Shown here: piece after piece, positions 17,413 through 26,694 of the stretch
Position numbering within the stretch: the stretch's first letter is position 1
Layout: every line of letters starts with the position of its first letter
Assembly: GCA_947168525.1 (NCBI GenBank)
Contig: CAMVMG010000003.1
Location: 93,823 to 157,822 of the forward strand
Direction of reading: 5' to 3'
Length of the DNA stretch: 64,000 nucleotides
Source: an uncultured Bacteroidales bacterium
GTDB taxonomy: Bacteria; Bacteroidota; Bacteroidia; Bacteroidales; UBA932
Notes under the pieces: model-generated
The model's input: only the letters and a program-made list of their open reading frames with translations
The model's database searches: none
Told to the model about the DNA's origin: nothing
Translations under genes and position numbers: made by a program

Positions 17413-18840
17413 ATGGCAGACAATGGCAAAATCAAGGTATGCGTAGGGCTCTCCGGCGGAGTGGATTCGTCGGTGGCGGCGTGGCTCCTCAAGCAGGAGG
17501 GCTACGACGTCTTCGCCATGTTCATGCAGAACTGGCACGACGCAGACGCCACCCTGCACGGAGACTGCGAGTGGGAAGAAGACCGCTTCGTGGCAGAGAT
17601 GGTGGCGCGGAAGATTGGCATTCCTTTCTATTTCGTGGACCTTTCCAGGGAATACCGGCAGCGGGTGGTAGACTACATGTTCGACGAGTACGCCAAAGGA
17701 CGCACGCCCAATCCGGACGTGCTGTGCAACCGCGAAATCAAGTTCGACGCCTTCTGGAAAGTGGCCCGCAAGTATGGAGCGGACTATGTAGCCACAGGCC
17801 ATTACTGCCGGAAAGAACCCGTATGCGCAGCAGACGGAAATCCGGTTACGGGGGCCGACGGAGAACCGCTGTACCGCATCCTGGAAGGCACGGATCCCAA
17901 CAAGGACCAGACCTACTTCCTCTGCCAGCTCTCCCAGGAGCAGCTCCGGCAAGTCCTCTTCCCCATCGGCCATCTGAGGAAACCGGAAGTACGGCGCATT
18001 GCCAAGGAGGCAGACCTGCCCTCGGCCGAGAAAAAGGACTCCCAGGGCATCTGTTTTGTGGGGAAAGTAGACCTTCCCACCTTCCTGAAGCAAAAGCTCG
18101 CCTCCGCAGAGGGGGACGTCGTGGAGGTTTTCGACGCCTATTACGCCGGCGACCCGCTGTACCGGTGGCAGCAGGACAAGCTGTCGGAACTGCTGCTGAG
18201 CGGCGTTTCCATCGAGAGAACCGTCCAATATGCACCGGAAGAAAAAGTGCTGACAACCGATGGTAAGCCATTGGGACAGAGCCCGTTCAACTGCGACAAA
18301 GTCCAGGTTCTTACAGACGGGGAGCTGGAGCGCCTTGCCCAGCCCCTCTCCTACCAGCTGAGCTTTGAGACGGAAACCTACCGCAGTGGGCGCAAACACA
18401 TAAAGAAAACCCGTTACAAGGAGAATCCCTGCGGCCGTATTGTAGGCACGCACGAAGGCGCGCAGTTCTACACCATAGGCCAGCGGAAAGGACTGGGGAT
18501 TGGCGGGCACGCAGAACCGGTATTTGTCATCGCCACCGACACCCTGGCCAACCGTGTGTATGTGGGAGAAGGGCACAACCACAAGGGACTCAGCCGTTTC
18601 TGCCTGAAAGTGGCGGCAGCCGATCTCCACTGGATCCGGCCAGACCTGGCCATGGTTCCCGGAGAAATGCGCCGTTACCGCGTGCGCATCCGCTACCGCC
18701 AGCCGCTGCAGGGCGCCACGCTCCTGATGCGGGAAAACGCCCTGTATATCCTCTTCGACGCCCCACAGAGAGGCATCTCCCCCGGCCAGTTCGCCGTCTG
18801 GTACCAGGACGACGAAATGCTGGGCAGCGGGGTTATTTGA
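17413..18840 (+). CDS. mnmA: tRNA 2-thiouridine(34) synthase
   Basis: SGGVDS, GRTPNPDVLCNREIKF, ATGHY, KDQTYFL, DSQGICF, YTIGQRKGL and PGQFAVWY motifs; start MADNGK at 17413. Confidence 0.97.
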   Translation: MADNGKIKVCVGLSGGVDSSVAAWLLKQEGYDVFAMFMQNWHDADATLHGDCEWEEDRFVAEMVARKIGIPFYFVDLSREYRQRVVDYMFDEYAKGRTPNPDVLCNREIKFDAFWKVARKYGADYVATGHYCRKEPVCAADGNPVTGADGEPLYRILEGTDPNKDQTYFLCQLSQEQLRQVLFPIGHLRKPEVRRIAKEADLPSAEKKDSQGICFVGKVDLPTFLKQKLASAEGDVVEVFDAYYAGDPLYRWQQDKLSELLLSGVSIERTVQYAPEEKVLTTDGKPLGQSPFNCDKVQVLTDGELERLAQPLSYQLSFETETYRSGRKHIKKTRYKENPCGRIVGTHEGAQFYTIGQRKGLGIGGHAEPVFVIATDTLANRVYVGEGHNHKGLSRFCLKVAAADLHWIRPDLAMVPGEMRRYRVRIRYRQPLQGATLLMRENALYILFDAPQRGISPGQFAVWYQDDEMLGSGVI

Positions 18841-19471
18841 TCAGAAGATACTCCAGGCCCAGTTTGGGCACAAAATGCACCCCTTCTTTTCTATAGTATT
18901 TCAGGTCCGGGTCCGGGCCTTCGGCCGGTATCAGGAAGATGTTTTCGGCCGGTTTGCCGATGGCGATCACGGCAACGGGTTCCAGTGGTAACTGCAAGGC
19001 TTCCTTAAGCGCTTCCTTCTGGAAATTAAGGATAAAGATGCCGCCCAGGCCCATCTCTACGGCCTTCAGGAGGATGCTCTGTCCGGCAAAACCCAGGTCT
19101 ATATCTATCACCTTGTCTTCCGGAATGCTGCTGCAGACCACCAGGAATGCCTTGGGCTCCATCCCGGGCTTGGGCAGATGCTCCTGAGGAAGGGCGGCGC
19201 CCAGCTTAGTGAGCGGCAGAACCTTATCGGCCTCCTCTTCCGTCACCAGACGGTATCGGAGCACCTGCCGGTTCATTCCCGAGGCTACCAGTGAAGTCAC
19301 TTTCACCAGGCTCTCCAGCTCTTCCCGGCTTACCGTCCGCGCAGGGTCGTATCCCCGGTAACTCCGGTTCCGGTGCAACAGCGTGTCCAGCGAAGGATGG
19401 TTTCGTTTAACCACGGTCTTCCTCTGTCCGGCAAGTTCCGCCTGCCTTTTTTCCAGAAAATTGTCTGCCAT
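18833..19471 (-). CDS. Nitroreductase family protein
   Basis: RNRSYRGY, ASGMNRQ and IDLGFAGQSILLKAVEMGLGG motifs. True start is MADNF at 19471; the upstream extension in the track reads through the repeat array. Confidence 0.9.
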   Translation of the reverse strand: MADNFLEKRQAELAGQRKTVVKRNHPSLDTLLHRNRSYRGYDPARTVSREELESLVKVTSLVASGMNRQVLRYRLVTEEEADKVLPLTKLGAALPQEHLPKPGMEPKAFLVVCSSIPEDKVIDIDLGFAGQSILLKAVEMGLGGIFILNFQKEALKEALQLPLEPVAVIAIGKPAENIFLIPAEGPDPDLKYYRKEGVHFVPKLGLEYLLIK

Positions 19472-19521
19472 ATCCCTTGTATTTCCACAAAAATAACGAT
19501 TTTCCCCCATTCTTCCTGGTC

Positions 19522-19657
19522 CCAAGTGCAAAAACCGCCCAAAATGCACTTGGCAGCCACCAAACTGCCCGGCCCAAGTGCAAAAACCGCCCAAAATGCA
19601 CTTGGTAAGCACCAAACTGCCCGGTCCAAGTGCAAAATCGACCTAAAATGCACTTGA
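19522..19657. repeat. REP-like tandem palindrome array A-left (3 units, 52-bp period)
   Basis: CCAAGTGCA-14 nt-TGCACTTGG units start at 19522, 19574 and 19626, separated by near-identical 20-nt linkers (YARCACCAAACTGCCCGGY-like). Confidence 0.95.
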
Positions 19658-19813
19658 CAAATCGTAAAAAAGAAAACGGATGTTGTCATTATTTCAACCG
19701 AACGGCATTAAAATACAACAAACATCGTAATAAACCGCAAAAAGAGACTTTGGAAGCCTGCCACGCATTTGCAGGAAGAGTAACTGGTCGTTATGTTTGC
19801 AAAAACATGTATT

Positions 19814-20731
19814 ATGAATAAACCGACGGAGTACCAGCTGGAAAGGCTATTTGCCCAGTCCGGACCTTTCTTCCACTTATATACATCGCCCTTGGAGAAC
19901 GATGTCTTGATGGACTGTGACGAAGACCGGACTATAATCCTGAACATGATTGCACTTGTTTCCCGGGAAGCAAACTTGGAAGTTTTGGCCTATGCCTTGA
20001 TGAGCAACCATTTACATATTATCTTCAAAGGCTCCGAGTTAAATGGGAATACCTTCTTTGAACTATTGGCCAAAAGGCTGAAACGATATTTGTCGGGGAA
20101 AGGGAAAGCCAAATGCATTTCAAAGGTTTGCTGCGGGATACAATCCATTACAAGCCTGAGACAGTTCCGGGATGAGATAGCTTATGTTATCCGCAATCCC
20201 TTCGTGGTCCGGGATGACATCAATCTCTTTGCCTATCAATGGTGCAGCGGCTTTCTCTACTTTAATCCTCTTTTGTCTTTCAGGAAGGGTATTCCTGCCG
20301 TAGAAGTCAGTTACCGGGAACGCCGGCGGATTACACGCTCTGCCGATATGGAACTTCCCGAGGGGTTATGGGTATCTGGCGACTTAATTCTCCCGGAGAG
20401 TTTTGTCAATTATCGGCTTGTGGAATCCCTGTTTGGAAGTGCCCGGAAGTTTTTGTTCTGGGTACTGAAAAACGTTGAGGCGCAAGTGGAGTTGGCAAAT
20501 AAGTATGGTGAATCGGTCGGTGTCTCCGACGATGAGATGTTCCAGTTGTCCAGGCAAATGTGTGAAAAACAATTTGGCGTCAAAACTCCGCAGGATTTGC
20601 CGGAATCGCAGCAGAAAGAACTCGCCATTTTGCTCCGGAACCGTTACCAAGCCTCGAACGCTCAATTATGCCGATTAACCGGCCTTTCCAAATCCAAGAT
20701 TGACACACTTTATCCCCTTTCCACCAGATAA
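19814..20731 (+). mobile_element. HUH/Y1 tyrosine transposase, REP-associated (RAYT-like)
   Basis: HUH motif in LAYALMSNHLHII, catalytic Tyr candidate in AYVIRNP, YQWCSG, and a C-terminal HTH-like segment (AQLCRLTGLS). Visibly more AT-rich than its neighbours; flanked by palindrome arrays. Confidence 0.85.
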
Positions 20732-20742
20732 AACACGGATTG

Positions 20743-21034
20743 CCAAGTGCAAAAACCGCCCAAAATGCACTTGGCAGCCACCAAACTGCCCGGCCCAAGT
20801 GCAAAAACCGCCCAAAATGCACTTGGTAAGCACCAAACTGCCCGGACCAAGTGCAAAATCGGCCCAAAATGCACTTGGTAAGCACCAAACTGCCCGGTCC
20901 AAGTGCAAAAACCGCCCAAAATGCACTTGGTAAGCACCAAACGGCCCGGCCCAAGTGCAAAATCGGCCCAAAATGCACTTGGTAACCACCAAACTGCCCG
21001 GTCCAAGTGCAAAATCGGCCCAAAATGCACTTGG
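20743..21034. repeat. REP-like tandem palindrome array A-right (6 units, 52-bp period)
   Basis: Units start at 20743, 20795, 20847, 20899, 20951 and 21003; same sequence and orientation as A-left. Confidence 0.95.
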
Positions 21035-21074
21035 TAACCATCTCATACAGAAAAATGCGTATCTTTGCACTGCC

Positions 21075-22850
21075 ATGCCCAGTTACCTGCAAATAGAGAA
21101 CATCTCCAAGAGTTACGGCCCCAAAGTGCTGTTCCAGCATATCGACTTCAACATCAACGAAGGCGACAAGGTGGCGCTCATTGCACCCAACGGCACGGGA
21201 AAAACCTCGCTCCTGAGGATCCTGGCCGGGAAAGACGCTTCGGACAGCGGCGGTAAGGTGCTCTTTCTCAAAGACATCCGCATCGCCTTCCTGGAGCAGG
21301 AATATGCCTTCGACCCGCAGAAAAGCATTTTCCGGCAAATCATGGACAACTCCCGGCGCTGGACAGAGCATCTGGACCCGGACCACCTGTGGCAGTACGA
21401 GCTCCGCGTGACCCAGCTGCTTACCCAGTTCGGCCTCACAGACCTGGACAAGCCCATGAAAGACCTCTCTGGCGGCGAGGTAAAACGGGTGGCTCTCACG
21501 GAAATGCTTGCCTCCGAGGCCGACTTCTACATCATGGACGAGCCCACCAACCATTTGGACATCGACGCCATCGAATTCCTGGAAAACCACCTCAAGCACA
21601 GCCGCTGCACGCTTTTCATGGTCACCCACGACCGCTATTTCCTGGACCGCGTGTGCAATACCGTCATGGAAATGGACCGGGGCAGCATCTACGTCTACCG
21701 GGGAGACTACATGAACTTTCTCCAGAAACGGCAGGAGCGCATCGACAATTACAACGCGGAGACAGAGAAAGTGCGGAACGTCTTCCGCAGGGAACTGGAA
21801 TGGATGCACGCCTCCCCCTGCGCCCGCACCGGCAAGGCCAAATACCGCAAACAGGCCTTCTGGGAGCTCAAAGAACGGGCCGAAGACAGCTACGTGTCCA
21901 AGCAGGTGGACCTGAGCGAGACACAGGCCAAGGGGACCTACCTGGGCAACAAGGTAATCAACTGCAAGGATGTCTCCTTCTGGTGGGAGAACAAGTGCTA
22001 CCTGAGCCACTTCAGCTACAACTTTCAGCGCTACGAGAGGATTGGCATCGTGGGGCGCAATGCCGCCGGGAAAACCACCTTCCTGAACCTGATCACAGGC
22101 GGCTGGAGGCCGGAACTAGGCGGCACCATGGAGGGTGTGGTGGAACTGGGCGAATCGCTCAAAATCGGTTACTACCACCAGTCAGGCATGCAGTTCAAGC
22201 CTGGACAAACCGTCCTGGAAACCGTCAACGACACCCACCTGCTGGGCCGTTTCCTGTTCACGCACGACATGCTGAACAACCCCGTGGAACGGCTTTCTGG
22301 CGGGGAACGCAGACGCCTGTACCTGCTCACCATCCTGATGCAGCAGCCCAATTTCCTCATTCTGGACGAGCCCACCAACGACCTGGACATCGTCACGCTG
22401 GACATCCTGGAAGAATACCTGCAGGAATTCAAAGGGTCCATGGTGATTGTCTCGCACGACCGCCACTTCCTGGACCGCCTGGCCGACCACCTCTTTGTCT
22501 TCTGCGGCGACGGTGTCGTGAAAGACTTCGTGGGCAACTACACGGAGTACAGGACCTTCATCAAGGACAACGAGGCGCAGAAAAAGGCCGACGAAAAACC
22601 GGCCGCCCAGTCTGTCACCAAGGAGAAGACCCCCGTCAAGCGGAAGCTCTCCTGGAAAGAGCAGCAGGAGCTGAAGTCGCTGGAGGAGAGGCTTCCGGAA
22701 CTGGAAGCCGAGAAGGCCGGCCTGGAAGCGCAACTCTCCAGCGGCACCTTAGCTGCAGAGGAACTCCAGGCTGCCAGCACCCGCTACGGCGTCCTGCAGG
22801 AAGAGCTGGACGCCGCCGAGATGCGCTGGTTGGAACTCTCGGAGATTTAA
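21075..22850 (+). CDS. ABC-F family ATP-binding protein (Uup-like)
   Basis: Two ABC cassettes (APNGTGKT and GRNAAGKT; LSGGE; LDEPTN) and a C-terminal coiled coil; start MPSYLQ at 21075 after TATCTTTG. Confidence 0.93.
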   Translation: MPSYLQIENISKSYGPKVLFQHIDFNINEGDKVALIAPNGTGKTSLLRILAGKDASDSGGKVLFLKDIRIAFLEQEYAFDPQKSIFRQIMDNSRRWTEHLDPDHLWQYELRVTQLLTQFGLTDLDKPMKDLSGGEVKRVALTEMLASEADFYIMDEPTNHLDIDAIEFLENHLKHSRCTLFMVTHDRYFLDRVCNTVMEMDRGSIYVYRGDYMNFLQKRQERIDNYNAETEKVRNVFRRELEWMHASPCARTGKAKYRKQAFWELKERAEDSYVSKQVDLSETQAKGTYLGNKVINCKDVSFWWENKCYLSHFSYNFQRYERIGIVGRNAAGKTTFLNLITGGWRPELGGTMEGVVELGESLKIGYYHQSGMQFKPGQTVLETVNDTHLLGRFLFTHDMLNNPVERLSGGERRRLYLLTILMQQPNFLILDEPTNDLDIVTLDILEEYLQEFKGSMVIVSHDRHFLDRLADHLFVFCGDGVVKDFVGNYTEYRTFIKDNEAQKKADEKPAAQSVTKEKTPVKRKLSWKEQQELKSLEERLPELEAEKAGLEAQLSSGTLAAEELQAASTRYGVLQEELDAAEMRWLELSEI

Positions 22851-25138
22851 CGGATGCCGTACAGATAGGCCAGCAGGGCCATCTTTCCGCGCATGGTCTC
22901 GCGCGGGGTAAATTCCGAATTCACCCACAGATAGCGCTGGTTGAAGAAGCTCTCCTGACGTGGCCAGCCGCCCGTATCCCAGGAAGGATAGCAGCGGTCC
23001 AGCAGGATGCGGGCATCGCCGCCATCCCCCTTCGACCAGGTTTCCGTGCCGTTGAACGGTGTCTGGCCGGGGAAGGTTCCGGGGGCGCCGTCATTGCGCC
23101 CGGGCGAATACACGTCAGTGATGTGCCGCTGTCCCAGGCCAGTCATTTCCACAATATTGCCGGGATTGCGTCCCAGGCCCCAGCCGGCTTCGTCATACAG
23201 GGCCTGCTCCAGTTGTATCCGGCGGGAAGGATCCTGGCACAGATAGTGCGCCAGGATCACCAGCTGCACGTTTTCGTTGGTGATCCAGCGGGCGTCCGAG
23301 GCGCTCCGGCGGGAAGGCCTTTCCCGGGAAGGAGCCAGATGCTGCCGCTCCGCCTGAGCATCCACATCGGCCCGGATACCGTTGTACCAGGAGGCATGGT
23401 GCCGCTCCCAGGGGCAGGTGACATAGGCAACGGCGGCCCAGAACTGGCAATGGGAACGGGTCCAGGCGCCCTGGACCAGGGGAAAGACGGCCTCGACGGC
23501 TGCGATGTCTTCCCAAGCCCTGTCGCCGGTGACATTATACAGGTAGGCGGCGGCCATCTGCTTGAAATCCCGGCCCCGGAGCTGCCACTCGCCCACGGCC
23601 TGACGGTCGTCCAGCTGGTCCCGTGCCTGCTTTTCGGCGTAACGGAATGCCGTAATGGCCTGGTCCCGGTAATAATCACGCAGGGACTCGTTGCCGCCAA
23701 TGCGGAAAGCCTCCGCCATCACGGCACAGTTGGCCGCGTTGGCCCAGGCAGCCATGGTGGTGCTGCCGGCCTGGAACATCATGGTCCAGTCTTTATCCGG
23801 ATTGGTAACGCCCTGGGAATACCCCCCTTCCGGATCCCGGATGCTTAGGAAGAAGTCTACCTCGTTACGAGCTTCGTCCAGCAGGTCCGGAATGCCGTTC
23901 CCGCTTTCCCGGATGCCCAGGTCGTCTTCCGTGAGCCGGCCGCCGGTGAGCAGGTACGGCAGGACCATGTCGTAGATGTTGCTCACATGCGAGAGGTGGC
24001 GGTCCCAGTCCATGGCATCAGAATGACCACCCCGCACCCGGTCGTTCACGGGATGTCCTTCAGGCCGGTGTTTATAGAAGGATGAGGCCTCGGCTTTCTT
24101 GAAATGGGGTTCATCCCACACGTCGCCGGGATTCTTCCTCCAGTCCGGATGCCAGGGCTGCAGATTGGACAGATATACCTTGAAGCCCGTCGGATCGTTG
24201 TCCTGGAAACGGGGCTGACGGGGCACCGGGAACACGTGTTCCGGGTCCTTGGGCTCGCCGATCCGCATATAATAGTATCCGCGCACGGAATAGCGGTATG
24301 GCTCCCGGTACAGATCCGGGGCGATCACGAAATCCATGCTGCAGCCCACTCCGTCCACCACCAGGCGGTATCGGCCGGAATCCTGCCGGGCGAAATCCAG
24401 CTTCCAGACTGGAGAACCGGTAAGATCTTTCCCACCAGCCTCCGCCGACGATGCCTCCTGCGGCTTCCAGAAAGCCACATGCCCGGCCGGAATCCGCTCG
24501 TTCGTATCCAGCCTGTACAGCCAGACCTGCTTTCCTTCGAAGGACTTGTAGTCCCGGGGGCCACCGTCGCCCAGCCAATAGTAAAGGTCGGCCGTCTTCA
24601 CGGCCTGGGCCGGCGTATACCCGAGGATATTCACGTGGATGGCCTCAGAGGGCGTATTCCAGATATCGAAGGTGATGCTGGCCCGGGACCGGTCGCTGCC
24701 GCTGGATGAAGGAATGTGCACCTGGTAGGTATACCCCTGCTTCATGGCCGAAGGAAGGCGGAGGTAGATCCAGTGGTCCAGCTCACTGGTAAGCGTATGG
24801 TCCGTGTTCATCGGCTTAGAGCGCCGGGAAACCGCTACGGCCGCCTTTCCGGAAGGACCGAAACCGGGGTCTTCCGGGCAGATGACGGTCCACGCTTCCT
24901 GCACCGAGGCCGGGTTAAAGCGGGGCAGGAAGGTCTTCAGGGTGTCGTCCCCCTCCACAAAAGTATGGCCCAGGAAGGCGCTTTTTCCGGTGCCGTCGTC
25001 CCGGTAGCGGACTTCTCCGTCGCGGAAATGCAGGACAATGTATTCCTGGTCCAGGGAGCGGACTTCCACCAGCCTGGTGGCCCTGCCGTACAAAGGAAGC
25101 ATGAAAAGGCAAAAAGCCAGCAAAAGGGATTTACGCAT
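22847..25138 (-). CDS. Secreted glycoside hydrolase family 9-like protein with N-terminal Ig-like domain
   Basis: Signal peptide; IHVNILGY Ig-like region, GRYRLVVDGVGCS, GGHSDAMDWD (DAGD-like), ESGNGIPDLLDEAR, and a C-terminal NSEFT catalytic-Glu-like motif. Confidence 0.75.
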   Translation of the reverse strand: MRKSLLLAFCLFMLPLYGRATRLVEVRSLDQEYIVLHFRDGEVRYRDDGTGKSAFLGHTFVEGDDTLKTFLPRFNPASVQEAWTVICPEDPGFGPSGKAAVAVSRRSKPMNTDHTLTSELDHWIYLRLPSAMKQGYTYQVHIPSSSGSDRSRASITFDIWNTPSEAIHVNILGYTPAQAVKTADLYYWLGDGGPRDYKSFEGKQVWLYRLDTNERIPAGHVAFWKPQEASSAEAGGKDLTGSPVWKLDFARQDSGRYRLVVDGVGCSMDFVIAPDLYREPYRYSVRGYYYMRIGEPKDPEHVFPVPRQPRFQDNDPTGFKVYLSNLQPWHPDWRKNPGDVWDEPHFKKAEASSFYKHRPEGHPVNDRVRGGHSDAMDWDRHLSHVSNIYDMVLPYLLTGGRLTEDDLGIRESGNGIPDLLDEARNEVDFFLSIRDPEGGYSQGVTNPDKDWTMMFQAGSTTMAAWANAANCAVMAEAFRIGGNESLRDYYRDQAITAFRYAEKQARDQLDDRQAVGEWQLRGRDFKQMAAAYLYNVTGDRAWEDIAAVEAVFPLVQGAWTRSHCQFWAAVAYVTCPWERHHASWYNGIRADVDAQAERQHLAPSRERPSRRSASDARWITNENVQLVILAHYLCQDPSRRIQLEQALYDEAGWGLGRNPGNIVEMTGLGQRHITDVYSPGRNDGAPGTFPGQTPFNGTETWSKGDGGDARILLDRCYPSWDTGGWPRQESFFNQRYLWVNSEFTPRETMRGKMALLAYLYGIR

Positions 25139-25230
25139 AACCGCTTTGTTTACAAGGGCTTAATTTAGGCATAATCTCCGACAATCCAAAACTATTTGAA
25201 TTGAATCCGATTATTTGTACTTTTGGGGAC

Positions 25231-26208
25231 ATGAAATACCTCCTGAACACCCATACGGATCCGCACTTCAACATGGCCTTCGACGAGTTTGCCCTCTCGT
25301 CGCTGGCCGTACCGGAACCTGTCTTCTACCTCTGGCAGAACCGGCCTTCCGTGATTATCGGCCTCAACCAGAGCGCCTACGCGGAAGTCAACCTGCCGTT
25401 CCTGGAAAAAAGCGGTATCACCCTGGCCCGGCGGGTGACAGGCGGAGGCGCCGTCTATCACGACTGGGGCAACCTCAACTACAGCATCACCGGTCCCCTG
25501 CAAGGGATGTCCGACAAGGAAGAGGTGTATCTGGAGCAGATCGTATCGGCCCTCCGCAGTTTTGGCGCCCCAGTGGAAAGAAGCGGGCGCAACGATATCC
25601 TGATAAACGGGCGCAAATGCTCCGGCTATGCCAAAAGGATGGTCCGGGACCGGATCATGATCCACGGGACGCTGATGTTCGACGTAGACCTTTCCATGCT
25701 CACCAAGGTGCTGGCCTCGCCGGGAAGCAAGCTTTCAGCGGCCGGCATTGCCTCGGTGAAAAGCCGCGTGACCAACCTGAAAACCTATCTCCCGCAGTTT
25801 CCTTCCGTGAAAGAATTCCAGGCCGCCCTCCACAAAGAGCTGGCCGGGGAGGACGGCGAAATCCGGCTCACCGATGCCCAGCTCACCGCTGTCCAGTTGC
25901 AGGCCGATACCAGATTCAGCACCTGGGCATGGAACTACGGGCACTCCCCTTCCGCCACGTTCCGGATGCGGAAAAAATTCTCCTGCGGCACCGTAGAAGC
26001 GCATTTTTCGCTTCGCAGCGGCTGTCTGGACAACCTCACCTTCGGCGGAGATTTCCTGGGCAACCTCCCGGCCGAGGTCATCGCCGCCAGGCTTCAGGGA
26101 GTTCCTTACAGGTTGCCGGACCTGGAAGCCGTCCTGCGCGACATCGGCCAATATTTCGACCGGATGCAGCCCCGGGAAATGGCTCGCTTCCTCTTGGAAG
26201 GGAAATGA
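25231..26208 (+). CDS. lplA: Lipoate-protein ligase A
   Basis: FNMAFDE, RRVTGGGAVYHD, GRNDILINGRKCSG, HGTLMFD and KSRVTN motifs. Confidence 0.92.
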   Translation: MKYLLNTHTDPHFNMAFDEFALSSLAVPEPVFYLWQNRPSVIIGLNQSAYAEVNLPFLEKSGITLARRVTGGGAVYHDWGNLNYSITGPLQGMSDKEEVYLEQIVSALRSFGAPVERSGRNDILINGRKCSGYAKRMVRDRIMIHGTLMFDVDLSMLTKVLASPGSKLSAAGIASVKSRVTNLKTYLPQFPSVKEFQAALHKELAGEDGEIRLTDAQLTAVQLQADTRFSTWAWNYGHSPSATFRMRKKFSCGTVEAHFSLRSGCLDNLTFGGDFLGNLPAEVIAARLQGVPYRLPDLEAVLRDIGQYFDRMQPREMARFLLEGK

Positions 26209-26265
26209 TTGTTTTCCCGGTTTTTTTTCGCTATTTTTGTTTTTCGGATTTTTAGTGACAACGCT

Positions 26266-26691
26266 ATGGCAAGAAAAGGAAAAGTAATCGGATGGATTGT
26301 CGGTGTGCTGGTGCTGGTACTGCTCGCCGGCTTCTTGTATTTCAAATTCCTCTGGGTGTTCTCCGACGGCACCAAGACCGGCGAGCTGAATTCGCTCACC
26401 TATACCGGCTATCTGTTCAAGACGTACGAGGGAGAGATGATCCTCTCCGGATACGGAACCAAAAACAATTATGGAACCGTCCAGAGCAAAACCTTCAAGT
26501 TCTCTGTACAAGACCGGGAGGTGGCGGAAAAACTCACCCAGATGACCGGCATGCGGGTAACCGTGCACTATAAAGAATACAAGGGCACGCTGCCCTGGCG
26601 CGGCTACGAGCGCAGCATCGTAGACAGCGTCTCCCTGGATCCGGAAACGGATAATCCGCAACCTTCTTCGTCAGACGAATTCTTCCTGTAG
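26266..26691 (+). CDS. Membrane-anchored hypothetical protein (OB-fold-like)
   Basis: N-terminal TM; SDGTKTGEL…KTYEGEM…FKFSV…VHYKEY pattern; start MARKGK at 26266. Confidence 0.75.
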   Translation: MARKGKVIGWIVGVLVLVLLAGFLYFKFLWVFSDGTKTGELNSLTYTGYLFKTYEGEMILSGYGTKNNYGTVQSKTFKFSVQDREVAEKLTQMTGMRVTVHYKEYKGTLPWRGYERSIVDSVSLDPETDNPQPSSSDEFFL

Positions 26692-26694
26692 CTT

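Noticed and set aside
18110-18430. Intein in MnmA
   Set aside because: No N-terminal Cys/Ser block, no His-Asn C-terminus and no LAGLIDADG motif.
19522-21034. CRISPR array interpretation of the 52-bp repeats (and the 51-bp repeats at 33016-33146)
   Set aside because: The linkers are near-identical rather than unique spacers, they are only 20-23 nt long, and there are no cas genes or leader.
19330-22010. ORF-track peptides such as LGPGSLVLTKCILGGFCTW repeats (19330-19689, 20580-22010, 20675-21076, 20710-21030)
   Set aside because: They are translations of the stop-free palindrome arrays or shadows of real genes, and they also falsely extend the nitroreductase and ABC-F N-termini.
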